Part shown: piece by piece, positions 1 to 12,912 of the stretch | How the letters are laid out: each line of letters starts with the position of its first letter | How positions within the stretch are numbered: the first letter of the stretch is position 1 | From: Octopus sinensis | Taxonomy: Eukaryota | Direction of reading: 5' to 3' | DNA length: 64,000 nucleotides | Assembly (NCBI RefSeq): GCF_006345805.1 | Contig: NC_043006.1 | Location: 78,554,001-78,618,000, forward strand | Position numbers and translations under genes: made by a program | Notes under the pieces: model-generated | The model's input: the letters and a program-made list of their open reading frames with translations, nothing else | Database searches by the model: none | What the model was told of the DNA's origin: nothing

Positions 1-260
1 ACACACAAAAGCCGTTCGATTCACTTCAACATTTAAGTTTAATGTTCACTGACAAAGTCCGTGCTGCATCCTTTGTCAGTGAACAGGTCTCGGATTTTAG
101 CGACGAAAATATTTTGACAAATTAAACTTAAATGTTGAAGTGAATCGAACGGCTTTTGTGCGTTTCTTAAATGGCTTACAAACACCTTCCACGCTGCAAT
201 TGTTTTCGTTTCAGCACACGATCTCAGATCAAATTACTTGCTATGCGAGTACATCTCCGT
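1..260. mobile_element. TA-adjacent short repeat present as a fold-back (head-to-head) pair; Penelope-like non-autonomous element candidate
   Basis: 4-43 is the exact reverse complement of 121-160, and 44-57 of 71-84. The left arm lacks the 36 nt matching 85-120. Followed by A/(TA)n at ~261. Confidence 0.75.
72..121 (+). ncRNA. Minimal type I hammerhead ribozyme-like motif, G3:C8 core variant
   Basis: Stem I TTTGTCA(72-78)/TGACAAA(115-121); core GTGAACA(79-85); extra G; stem II GTC/GAC; GAAA(105-108); palindromic stem III AATATT; U17. Confidence 0.65.
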
Positions 261-286
261 AAAAAAAAAAAAAAAAAATAATATAT

Positions 287-325
<39 letters not shown>

Positions 326-329
326 GGAA

Positions 330-1033
330 TGCAATGCAATGGACGCATGGAATCCATTGTAAGAAAAAGGCTGATCACGTTCCTAGAACACGCGTCAAGG
401 CTGCTGTCTAGGAGGGAGCCGCCTCACACAGTTGCTGCAGCACTTTGACTTGGTACTGAAGCAACAACTAAACCAGTCAGCTGTAGGCGTGATATACCTC
501 GACTTTGCCAAAGCTTTCCACAAGGTTGATCATGTCATGATATGTCACAAGCTGCGATACCTTGGTATTACCGGGAAACTAGGAGAGTGGCTGCATGATT
601 TTCTGAAGGGCAGGAATCAGATAGTTGTAGCCAATGGTGCTCACTCAAGAGTTACCAATTCTCAGCGGAGTCCCACAGGGAACTGTACTGGAGCCACTAC
701 TATTTATGGTGGCCCTCCCAGACATGCCTTCCGTGGTAGTCAGCCAATCTGACCAGTTATGCTGACGACACAAAAGTATCGCAGGCAGTTAGGCACCCAG
801 AGGACATCATAAAACTGCAGAAAGACCTGAACGAAATCTACAAATGGGCTAACAAAAGTAACATGCAATTCAATGCCATGAAATTTCAGGCACTCCACTA
901 TCGGTCCAACACCAGGCTAAAATCGGAATACACTGGACCAGAAGGTAATATGATCCCAGAGTCAGAGTCAGTGCGTGACCCGGTGGTACATATGAGCAAT
1001 GATGCAACATTCCATGTGCATATTACCAAGACG
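330..1033 (+). mobile_element. CR1-group LINE reverse transcriptase fragment (frameshifted)
   Basis: VIYLDFAKAFHKVDH, G(V)PQGTVLGPLLF and YADDTK motifs spread across frames; truncated by (TG)n. Confidence 0.9.
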
Positions 1034-1157
1034 GTGTGTGTGTGTGTTTGTATACATACTATATATATATATATATATATTATATATATGTATATACGTA
1101 TATATATATATATATATTATATATATATACATTATATATATATATATATATAGATAC

Positions 1158-1208
<51 letters not shown>

Positions 1209-1238
1209 ATATATAATATATATATATATGTATATACG

Positions 1239-1277
<39 letters not shown>

Positions 1278-1283
<6 letters not shown>

Positions 1284-1790
1284 TAAGGGTAGAAATTGAT
1301 ATTTATCAATTAAGACCAGTGGTCTAGCATATTAAAAAAGAATCCGAAGATTAAAATATTTATATATACCAATAAGGACTTAACACGAAAAGTGGACAGT
1401 CAACATGCTAGATATAGACGTCAAATCGCCATTCACCACAAAAGATTATGTTCTCAGATCAAACTCAACACAAAACCATAGCAATAAACAAGTGAAAAAT
1501 ATACGAAATAAATATTTACCCATGTACTAAATTCAGTTTCGGCTGTTATTTTCCGCAAGGAAAACTGCAGCTATCATCAGCATGCTGAATAGCTGCAGTT
1601 TTCCTTGCGGAAAATAACAGCCGAAACTGAATTTAGTACATGGGTAAATATTTATTTCGTATATTTTTCACTTGTTTATTGCTATGGTTTTGTGTTGAGT
1701 TTGATCTGAGAACATAATCTTTTGTGGTGAATGGCGATTTGACGTCTATATCTAGCATGTTGACTGTCCACTTTTCGTGTTCAGTCCTTA

Positions 1791-1795
<5 letters not shown>
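1278..1795. mobile_element. (TA)n-embedded element with a spacer-less ~210-bp-arm palindrome (1373-1582 / 1583-1790)
   Basis: Arms are reverse complements except for one 2-nt indel near the centre and one mismatch near the end; flanked by (TA)n on both sides. Confidence 0.9.
1521..1584 (-). ncRNA. Type I hammerhead ribozyme-like motif
   Basis: Minus strand: CATG-CTGATGA-T-A-GCTG..TTTTCC TTGC GGAAAA..CAGC-C-GAA-ACT GAATTT AGT-A-CATG. GUA cleavage triplet; A.C mismatch at 10.1/11.1. Confidence 0.7.
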
Positions 1796-1835
<40 letters not shown>

Positions 1836-2142
1836 GTATATACATATATACCCACACAGACACACATACACACACACACACACACATATATATAATCAAT
1901 ACCACATGTTTATTGCCTTATTGTATAATTTGAATATGTAGATTGATAGATAAATACATACGTACTTACATGCACACATACATAAATACATCCATACATC
2001 CATCCATACATACGTATATGCATGCATATACATACGCACGTACATACCTACACATGCACGCATGCGCACATACATTCATGCATACATACATACATATATA
2101 TATATACATGCATACATACATACATGCATACATACATACATG

Positions 2143-2176
<34 letters not shown>

Positions 2177-2889
2177 TATACATGCATACATACATACATG
2201 CATACATACATACATACATGCATGCATGCATACATACATACATACATACATACATACATACATACATACATACATACATACATACATACATACATACAGA
2301 TTCAAGTCTTAATTATCACATATTTATTGTGCCTAATTTTGAAGGAATACATTGGCAGGTACACAGTAGCATAATTATTAAAGCGGTCACCCAACAAACA
2401 ATAAGTGCATGGTTTGAAACCTGAAAGTTGGTCTATTGTTCTCTTTCGTTCCAAAAATTGACACATCTATGTCGAATATTTTTAGTATTATTTGCATATT
2501 GTTATAAAATATTTTTGAAGATTATGAATGATAAAATAGACATATACATCATCAGGTCTAGTTCACATTTACCACTCAATTCTAAATTCAAGTACTCACA
2601 AACTCACAAATAAAACCATGCTGGATTATTATTAGTCGCAGAAAAACAAAAGGATTTAATCAATCAAGTTTTTTTATTTGTCACATCAACAAATTCGTAT
2701 GTGATTACATGTTTCTCATGAGAACGAGAAAGCATAAACTGTGATGAGTAATATCTTATGTAAACTGAATAATGCTGCCTCATTATAGTTATATTCGACA
2801 GTCTTTAGACACTGGTCTTTATTATATATGCGTCAGTGAAAGTATATAAATATCAGTGTATATGATAGATATTGTATATTGATAGATAT

Positions 2890-3150
2890 AAAGTATCGCA
2901 GGCAGTTAGGCACCCAGAGGACATCATAAAACTGCAGAAAGACCTGAACGAAATCTACAAATGGGCTAACAAAAGTAACATGCAGTTCAATGCCATGAAA
3001 TTTCAGGCACTCCACTATCGGTCCAACACCAGGCTAAAATCGGAATACACTGGACCAGAAGGTAATATGATCCCAGAGTCAGAGTCAGTGCGTGACCCGG
3101 TGGTACATATGAGCAATGATGCAACATTCCATGTGCATATTACCAAGACG
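2890..3150 (+). mobile_element. Duplicated copy of the CR1-group RT fragment
   Basis: Identical to 773-1033 (KVSQAVRHPEDIIKLQKDLNEIYKW). Confidence 0.9.
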
Positions 3151-3241
3151 GTGTGTGTGTGTGTGTGTTGTATACATACATATATATATAATATATATAT
3201 ATAATATATTATATATATATATATATATATTATATATAATA

Positions 3242-3272
<31 letters not shown>

Positions 3273-3566
3273 ATATATATATTATAATATTATATACGTA
3301 TATACATATATACCCACACAGACACACATACACACACATACAACACACACACACACACATATATGTAATCAATACCACATGTTTATTGCCTTATTGTATA
3401 ATTTGAATATGTAGATTGATAGATAAATACATACGTACTTACATGCACACATACATAAATACATCCATACATCCATCCATACATCCATCCATACATACGT
3501 ATATGCATGCATATACATACGCACGTATATACCTACACATGCACGCATGCGCACATACATACATGC

Positions 3567-3604
<38 letters not shown>

Positions 3605-4367
3605 GCGTACATACATACATGCATACATACATACATACATACACATACATACATACATACATACATACATACATACATACATACATACATACATGCAAAA
3701 ATACAGATTCAAGTCTTAATTATCACATATTTATTGTGCCTAATTTTGAAGGAATACATTGGCAGGTACACAGTAGCATAATTATTAAAGCGGTCACCCA
3801 ACAAACAATAAGTGCATGGTTTGAAACCTGAAAGTTGGTCTATTGTTCTCTTTCGTTCCAAAAATTGACACATCTATGTCGAATATTTTTAGTATTATTT
3901 GCATATTGTTATAAAATATTTTTGAAGATTATGAATGATAAAATAGACATATACATCATCAGGTCTAGTTCACATTTACCACTCAATTCTAAATACAGGT
4001 ACTCACAAACTCACAAATAAAACCATGCTGGATTATTATTAGTCGCAGAAAAACAAAAGGATTTAATCAATCAAGCTTTTTTATTTGTCACATCAACAAA
4101 TTCGTATGTGATTACATGTTTCTCATGAGAACGAGAAAGCATAAACTGTGATGAGTAATATCTTATGTAAACTGAATAATGCTGCATCATTATAGTTATA
4201 TTCGACAGTCTTTAGACACTGGTCTTTATTATATATGCGTCAGTGAAAGTATATGAATATCAGTGTATATGATAGATATTGTCATTATTCACACACACAC
4301 ATACTCATACATACACAAAACTGTTTAAACTACAAAACTTCAAGCTTATCCCAATCCCTACCAAATA

Positions 4368-4555
4368 CCTATCTCTTTATTACCCACAAGGGGCTAAACA
4401 CGGAGGGGACAAACAAGGGCAGACATAGGTATTAAATCGATTACATCGACCCCAGTGCGTAACTGGTACTTAATTTATCGACCGACCCCGAAAGGATGAA
4501 AGGCAAAGTCGACCTCGGCGGAATTTGAACTCACAACGTAACGGTACCAAATACC
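4368..4555 (-). mobile_element. tRNA-derived SINE family A (Octopus OK-type, Meta-like core), partial
   Basis: Matches the family A core CTTTCATCCTTTCGGGGTCGATAAA and tail GCCCCTTGTGGGTAATAAAGA. Confidence 0.85.
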
Positions 4556-5101
4556 GAATCCAACCCAGGTCTTCTCCTCAACCACCACACTTTCCCCTTC
4601 ACACGCCATCACACATCCCAACACATATCGGCACAACAAACCGAGTATACCATTACATTGCAATCATTACCATAACCGCTACAACCCTCCAATTATCATG
4701 CACCCACTTTAACATTTGCTTTTTAAAAGAACCCTGGCTCCCATATACATTAAAATAAGAACTCCAAAACAAACCTTACAACGATTGCTATAACTATAAC
4801 CGAAATACTGGGTTAAGATTGCACTACTGCAAGTTTAAGCCATAGAAAAAGCCATGGAATAATGTCAACATACCTACAGGGTGACACACAATTACTTTAA
4901 CACGGTGACACGAGTATCCAAATTGTCGCTTTTGTCACAGTCGTGCTAGGTCATTGGGAGAAGGGTCGTGATACATTGCACATGATTTTTTTTTACATAT
5001 ATTATACATTTTGCATTTATATTTTGTATTATATTTTGCACATTACACTATGCACAATGCGTTCGCTTCTGCATGATACAAATTAAATGCATGCAGCTTC
5101 T

Positions 5102-6230
5102 TACTTCTTTATTGCTCACGAGGGGCTAAACATAGAGTGGACAAACAAGGACAGACAAAGAGATTAAGTCGATTAAATCGATTTCAGTTCGTAACTGGTA
5201 CTTATTTAATCGACCTCGAAAGGATGAAAGGCAAAGTCGACCTCGGCGAAATTTGAACTTAGAACGTAGCGGCAGACGAAATACCTATTTCTTTATTACC
5301 CACAAGGAGCCAAACATAGAGTGGACAAACAAGGACAGACAAAGGGATTAAGTCGATTATATCGACCCCAGTGCGTAACTGGTACTTAATTTATCGACCC
5401 CGAAAGGATGAAAGGCAAAGTCGACCTCGGCGGAATTTGAACTCAGACGAAATACCGCTAGGCATTTCGCCCGGCGTGCTAACCATTCTGCCAGCTCGTC
5501 GCCTTAATGCATACAGTTTCTTGCAGTACAGGGCCATGAAAATTTGCATATTTAACACCATCGATGAAATCTAGATTGTTCTCAACGTAACCCGGCATTT
5601 CGTCCGTTTTTATGTTTTGAGTTCAAATTCCACCGAAGTCGACTTTGCCTTTCACCTTTTCGGAGTCGATAAAATAAGTACCAGTCGAGCACTGGGGTTT
5701 ACATCATACCCAGTGCTCAACTCGTACTTATTTTATCGACCCTGAGAGACGAAAGGCAAAGTCGACCTCGGCGGAATATAAACTCAGAACATAGAGAAGG
5801 TGGCAATACCTATTTCTATTTCTTTACTACCCACAAGGGGCTAAACATAGAGGGGACAAACAAGGACAGACAAACGGATTAAGTCGATTCTATCGACCCC
5901 ACTGCGTAACTGGTACTTATTTAATCGACCTCGAAAGGATGAAAGGCGAAGTCGACCTCGGCGAAATTTGAACTTAGAACGTAGCGGCAGACGAAATACC
6001 TATTTCTTTATTACCCACAAGGGGCTAAACATAGAGTGGACAAACAAGGACAGACAAAGGGATTAAGTCGATTCTATCGACTCCAGTGCGTAACTGGTAC
6101 TTATTTAATCGACCCCGAAAGGATGAAAGGCGAAGTCGACCTCGGCGGAATTTGAACTCAGAACGTAGCGGCAGGCAAAATACCGCTAAGTATTTAACCT
6201 GGCGCACAAATGATTGCGCTACCTCGCCCC
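5102..6230 (-). mobile_element. Head-to-tail array of about 5 family A SINE units
   Basis: Repeated ~185-230-bp units; junctions at 5285/5286, 5810/5811 and 6000/6001. Confidence 0.85.
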
Positions 6231-6384
6231 ATTATAAAACAAATTGGTAATAAAATATAATTTTTACTGAAAAGCTAAGTATTTAATTCCATAATGAAAC
6301 TATAAAAATATTACTAAAAATAAGCTCATGATGAAATTCAATAAAATACCATTTTTTTTGTTTTTGTTTTCTAGGTTTAACTTT

Positions 6385-6792
6385 TATCTTTTGCTTGATT
6401 CAGTCACTGGATTGCGGCTTCGAAGGGTTTAGTTGAACAAATAAATCCCAGTATTTATCTTCTTTTTTTTTAAGCCTGGAAGCCTGGAACTCATTCAATC
6501 GAGTTCTATTTGCCGAACCACTAAGTTATGGAGAGGTAAATAACTTAACAACGGTTGTCCAGTGGTGGTGTGGGACAAGCGCATACACGCACACGCTCAC
6601 ACACACACACACATAAAAACATGTACGTATGCACACATGTATACGAGTGATTTCTTTCAATTACCGTCTACCATTTAACCGGTCCGGGGCTACGATAGAA
6701 AACATTTGTCCAAAGTGCCACTCTGTGGGACTGAACCGGGAACCACGTGGTTAAGAAGCAAATTTCTAACCACACAGCCTCGCCTGCGCCTA
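6385..6792 (-). mobile_element. tRNA-derived SINE family B (GGCGCAGGAGTGGCTGTGTGG head, internal microsatellite)
   Basis: Similar to the many family B copies in the window; diverged. Confidence 0.75.
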
Positions 6793-7291
6793 TGACAAAA
6801 GACTCAGGACTGTAAAATAGCACCTAACTGTCAAGGACAAAATCTGATAAAGATTTATGAGACGAGTGTATTATCACAAATTTCTTCTTGCCCTATCAAA
6901 TATATTCATTGTTCATTCCACGTAATACAGATATATTTCGACCATGGTTATTTCAATTGATTATATTTATTGCAAGACATAAAAAAAAAGTAAACGTAAC
7001 CTCATAAAATTCAAGAGGGTTAATGACCTTCAGTTCTTACAATGTCTACTTCGGAGCAGAGAGAAATAGAAGCTATATTAGGTAAGTCAAGAAGTGGCCA
7101 AGAACAAATATTTAGAAACTAGATTTTATTTATCATATGTTGCTGTTACTGGTTCATACAGTTTGTCTATATTTTGTTAACTATTATACACTAATAAATG
7201 TATGAACATATATCTATATATATCTATCCATTTATCATATGTCTATCTATCTGTTTTGTACCCTGCCAGATGGTGTTTGTGCGTATATATG

Positions 7292-7373
<82 letters not shown>

Positions 7374-7567
7374 GTAAATTTATATAAATAAGGATATGAT
7401 CGTTAATTTAAATATCGATCTTATCGAGTGGCCAACATGGGAATAAAAACCTTCAAAGGTAATAATTATTATTAAAATTATAATTTAGGGTATCTAAGAG
7501 ACACCACCACGCTGGAAATAGCAACCAAAACTTGACTCTAAAACCACATTAAATGTTCATACAGCAC

Positions 7568-7602
<35 letters not shown>

Positions 7603-8009
7603 CATATGTTATAATCATAAACAGGGCAAATTTTAGCCATTTCTCCGCAGACTGAAAAAATGATGAACACCCTTAATCGATTTTCGAACCTTATTTGGTT
7701 CTCCTCATCATATATGGTTATGTGCCCCCAGCCATTTGAGTCTGGAAACTCCCCAATATATTTAGGCGCCTTATAGATGCGAAAACAATGGTCACTCTGG
7801 CCGGCCATAACAAACAACCCTCTTAATGTGTGTTTGCTCGTATGTGTTTAATACTGTAGAGAAATACAGTATTTTATCTAAAGACGAGAAGCTCTATCAG
7901 TGACGCCAGGGCCTGCAGCTTTGATCTTGTCTAATTAAGTTTGATAAATGGCCCAGCATCTCTACAGCATGAAATTATTAGTAGCTCTTTTTAAAACTGT
8001 GTATATTAA

Positions 8010-8046
<37 letters not shown>

Positions 8047-9039
8047 GTCTATATCCCTATATGTATGTATATATTTATATATAAGAATTTTTTGCGTTTT
8101 AAGATAAAAAAAACAAGCCTGTATAGATATTAGAGCACTTAGCCTTGGTTTTTTTTATCTTATTACGCAAAAAATTCTTATATACACACGCTGACATAGA
8201 ACCAACGTTGAACCCTTTATTCGCAATATTACCGAATCTGGAACTTAACTATGGTCTTTCTATAGCACTTATTCAGCATTACCTGATACCTTTGGGTCTC
8301 AATGACACCACTATCTCTTATATTTATATATATATATGTATATATGTATGTATGTATGTATGTTCGTGTGTGAGTAAATATTTATATGCATATGTATACA
8401 CCCATATGTATACACATACACATGTATATGCACACACATATATGTGTGTGTGTGTGCATATATGGATATACATTTGTATGCAAGTTTGCATGTATGTATG
8501 TATGTACCTATGTACGTGAGTATTTGTATGTACGTATGCATCTACATACGTGTGCATGTGTGTGTGTGTGTGTGTGTGCATGTGTGTGTGTGCGCGCGCA
8601 CGCGCGTGTGTGATTGTGAGTGCTACCTGGGTGGTACCGATTGAGCATATACCTGTTGTTAAACTAACAAATTTCTTATGTGGTTGCGTGTTTCTCATGA
8701 GAATTTGAAGACATAGACTACGATGTGATGAGTAATATTTGCTGAAAAATCTAATAAAGTTGTATGATTATTATGCATATTTTCACTTTTATGATATAAT
8801 TTTGCATACTTGCCCTGAGAAGAACTGCATTTATAGTTCAGCTTGAAACACAATTATGAGCGAATTGAGTTCCTAGTATTAATAACTCACTGCCTATGTA
8901 CGATTAGTGTTTACAAGGTAAGGTATGCGGAGACATCACACACATACATACATATGCGTACGTACATGTGTGTGCTTGTGTGTGTGTGTGTGTGTAAGGG
9001 GAGAGAGAAAAATATACATATACTTCTACACACATACAT

Positions 9040-9141
9040 ACACGTATGTATATATATATACATTCATTCATATATATATATATATACATTCATATATATA
9101 CATATGTTATAAATTATATATACATATATGTACGTATATAT

Positions 9142-9173
<32 letters not shown>

Positions 9174-9270
9174 CATATATATATGTACATATATATATAT
9201 ATACATATATATATGTACATATATATATATTTACATATACATATATACATATATATATATATATATTTAC

Positions 9271-9301
<31 letters not shown>

Positions 9302-9319
9302 CATTTATATATATATTAC

Positions 9320-9350
<31 letters not shown>

Positions 9351-9439
9351 CATATATATATATACATATATATATACATACATATATATATATATATATA
9401 ATATGCAATATATATATATGTACGTATATATATATGTAC

Positions 9440-9513
<74 letters not shown>

Positions 9514-9545
9514 CACACACAACACAATATATATATATAGAGAGA
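9040..9545. repeat. Compound (TA)n/(TACA)n microsatellite
   Basis: Directly visible. Confidence 0.95.
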
Positions 9546-9714
9546 GAGAGATATTAGTGAGATGGACAGATAAAATATTGAAAATATCTCTGTAGTCAGA
9601 ACGACGGGACATATATATATATGTAACATATTAAAAGATTGCATAGAGCATATGTGATAAAGGAGTTAGACATTAGTGAAGAAGTTATGTACAAGATTTT
9701 GTTTGAATTTCATT

Positions 9715-10038
9715 AGGAGTTGCTGTGTGGTAAGAAGCTTGCTTCTGAACCACATGGTTCCGGTTTCAGTCCCACTGCGTGGCTCGTTGGGCAAGTATCT
9801 TCTACTATAGCCTCGGGCCGACCAAAGCCTTGTGAGTGGACTTCGTGCACTGAAACTGAAAGAAGCCCCTCATATATAATATATATATGTGTGTGTGTAT
9901 GTGTTTGTTTACATCCCCATAAACTAGCGGTTCGACAGAAGGGACCATTAGAATAAGTACCGGGGTTGATTTGTTCGACTAATGGCGGTGCTCCAGCATG
10001 ACCACAGTCAAATTACTGAAACAGTAAAAGATAAAAGA
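9715..10038 (+). mobile_element. SINE family B
   Basis: Head GGAGTTGCTGTGTGGTAAG; tail GGCGGTGCTCCAGCATG..GAAACAGTAAAAG. Confidence 0.8.
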
Positions 10039-10409
10039 TATTTCTACCTCGTTGCTTATGCGACTTCTTTTTATAAGATGGTTGGGTGTGATTTGTGGAA
10101 GAATTGGCTGTTATTTTTAGCAGATCTTGTAACCACATAGTGACACCTTGTTGTTAATGTTATTTAACTTTAGGCCGGCTTTGATGGGATAAACTTAATG
10201 TTTAAATCCCTCCCAGTCATGTCCATATATTTTTTCAGATCTACACGTGGAAGGTGCTTGTTTTGAACTGAGTAGCTTGAAAAATACGTGAAATGAAGTA
10301 TTTTCCCCAAGAGTACAGTGTGCCACTCAGATCAGGTATTGTCCCCGCGATTTTATGATCGTAAGCCAAGCACTCTGACTATTCGATCATCAACATTATA
10401 TATTTGGAA

Positions 10410-10808
10410 GGCGGCGAGCTGGCAGAAACGTTAGCACGCCGTGCGAAATGCTTAGCATTATTTCGTCTGCAGCTATGTTCTGAGTTCAAATTCCGCCGAG
10501 GTCGACTTTGCCTTTTATCCTTTCGGCGTCGATTAAATAAGTACCAGTTACGCACTGGGGTCGATACAACTGACTTAATTCGTTAGTCTGTCCTTGTTTG
10601 TCCTCTCTCTGTTTTGCCCCTTGTGGGTACTAAAGAAATAGGTATTTCGTCTGTCTTTATATTCTGAGTTCAAATTCCGCCGAGGTCGACTTTGCCTTTC
10701 ATCCTTTCGAGGTCGATGTATTAAGTACCAGTTGCGTACTGGAGTCGATCTAATCGACTGGCCCCCTCCTCAAAAATTTCGGGCCTTGTGCTTAGAGTAG
10801 AGAGGAAC
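10410..10808 (+). mobile_element. SINE family A dimer; the second unit carries the alternative tail
   Basis: Full head GGCGGCGAGCTGGCAGAAACG; junction AAAGAAATA|GGTATTTCG at 10640/10641. Confidence 0.85.
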
Positions 10809-11254
10809 ATTTAACCCCACTTAAACTTTGATGTTCGGTTAAATTAAACTGTACTGCGGTGGTAGATACCACAAGAGAAGCAGTCATATTGGTTTTTTGT
10901 GTAAAATGCACCGTAGAGTTGAGATAAATATTAACTCATGATATTAATACTGATTCCGTCGCTAACATATATTCATTAAGGATTAATCATTTGAGCTGTG
11001 GTGTCAGTCGGCATGCAAACATTAAATACAGCTTATCGCGCGAAATAGGATATTTTCTTCAATATTGTGTAGTCAGGCGAAAGTTATTTCCCCTCTACAA
11101 TCATTTCTCTCATTAAGCGAGGGGAAAAAAATGGAAAATATAAGCATAGAATATGAGGAAAATGTAATGCAGATAAGTGAGCAATGAAACTGATAGAAAT
11201 TTCTTTGCCTTTAAAATAAAAGGCTTTAAAAAATCAATACGTTAAGCTTATCTC

Positions 11255-11640
11255 TTCTACTCTTTTCCCTGTTTCAGTCATTTGACTGTGGTCATGCTGG
11301 AGTACCGCCTTTAGTCGAGCAAATCGACCCAGCACTTATTCTTTGTAAGCCTAGTACTTATTTTATCGGTCTCTTTTGCCGAATCGCTAAGTTACGGGGA
11401 GGTAAACACACCAGCATCGGTTGTCAAGCGATGTTGTGGGGACACACACACAAACACACATATATATACATATATACGACGGGCTTCTTTTCAGTTTTCG
11501 TCTACCAAATCCACTCACAAGGCTTTGGTCGGCCCGAGGCTATAGTAGAAGACACTTGCCCACGGTGCCACGCAGCAGGACTGAACCCGGAACAATGTAG
11601 TTGGTAAGCAAGCTACTTACCACACAGCCACTTCTGCGCC
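11255..11640 (-). mobile_element. SINE family B
   Basis: Near full-length reverse-complement copy. Confidence 0.85.
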
Positions 11641-12332
11641 TATATTTGAAAATATGTAAGACATTGTACTTAACTATGGAATGGACAAAATATTTTAGTT
11701 TAAGATGAATAACATAAGCGAGAAAAAGTATAAGAAGAGAGGGAAGATAACTTTTTGTATATTTATGACTGAGATGCAATACATATTTGTAACCAAATTG
11801 TTTAGAGTTCGATTTCCATTAAAATTACTAATATTGGGTGCAGGCGTGACTCTGTGGTAACAAGTTTGTTTCCCAGCAATGTGGTTCTGGGTTCAGTCTT
11901 ACTGTGTGTCATCTTGGACGAGTGTCTTCAACTATAGCCTCGGGCCGACCACTCTTCTGAGTGGATTTGGTGGACGGAAACTGAAAGAAGCCCATCGTAA
12001 ATAATTTAATAAGGATACCTTGTTATAGCACCGAATACTGCTTTGAGAGATTCTCATTTATAGGTCCTTAGGGGTTGGGTAAATGTCTTCTACTATAGCC
12101 TCAGGCCGACCACTCGTTTGAGTGGATTTCGTGGACGGAAACTGAAAGAAGCCGGTCGTGTGTCTATATATATATATATATATCCTACTGAACAAGGATG
12201 ACTTGTGCCTTGTTAGAATACTGAGTTGTTAACCTTGAGAGATATTTTCTTATAGGCACTTGGTACATAAAAGCACACACATAAATCACAGCAGACAGGA
12301 ATTGTCTGATATGGACGTCGAATACCCATATC

Positions 12333-12368
12333 ACATAATTTCGGTCTACTGGACCTCATCAGTTAAAT
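12333..12368 (-). ncRNA. Hammerhead core remnant (Penelope pLTR-like)
   Basis: Minus strand CTGATGA-GGTC-CAGTA-GACC-GAAA. Stems I and III are not recoverable. Confidence 0.45.
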
Positions 12369-12681
12369 GTCGCTGCCACGAACGATATATAAGAATTTCA
12401 GCTTTTTTTCAAACACTGATGTCGCAAACAGCTAGTAAGTTTACTAAAGGTTAATTATTAGCGAGGGAAGCTGTATTAATAGCAAAAGGTAAACTTTATA
12501 TCCACCTTAACATGGATGCCTTGTTAGGACATATGGTATTAAAACAAACTACATATCCGATTGCTATCCATTAAATGTGTCCTAACTTCATTAGCTTTCC
12601 TGCGACCATTATCTTACACCATTGTTTTGAATGGGCGCTAACTTATTAACCGTTTGGGAGATGATAGTTGCTAGATGAAAA

Positions 12682-12912
12682 GGCGGCGAGCTGGCAGAAA
12701 CGTTAGCACGCCGGGCGAAATGCTTAGCAGTATTTCGTCTGCCGTTACGTTCTGAGTTCAAATTCCGCCGAGGTCGACTTTGCCATTCATCCTTTCGGGA
12801 TCGATAAATTAAGTACCAGTTACGCACTGGGGTCGATGTAATCGACTTAATCCCTTTGTCTGTCCTTGTTTGTCCCCTTTATGTTTAGCCCCTTGTGGGC
12901 AATAAAGAAACA
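12682..12912 (+). mobile_element. Full-length SINE family A with 17-bp TSD
   Basis: TSD GATAGTTGCTAGATGAA at 12663-12679 and 12913-12929. Confidence 0.92.

Larger units (their letters stand above)
773..4282. repeat. Local tandem duplication: unit 1 773-2875, 14-nt filler 2876-2889, unit 2 2890-4282
   Basis: Near-identical RT tail, microsatellites and ~600 bp of unique sequence in both units. Unit 2 lacks the 1278-1795 palindromic element. Confidence 0.9.

Noticed and set aside
5102-6230. Regularly repeated units resembling a CRISPR or tRNA array
   Set aside because: The units are SINE copies with no unique spacers, and the context is eukaryotic.
7034-8917. Plus-strand start exon MSTSEQREIEAIL (7042-7081), exon-like 8837-8917 and minus ORF 7557-7817
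   Set aside because: They are individually plausible, but no phase-consistent chain could be built.
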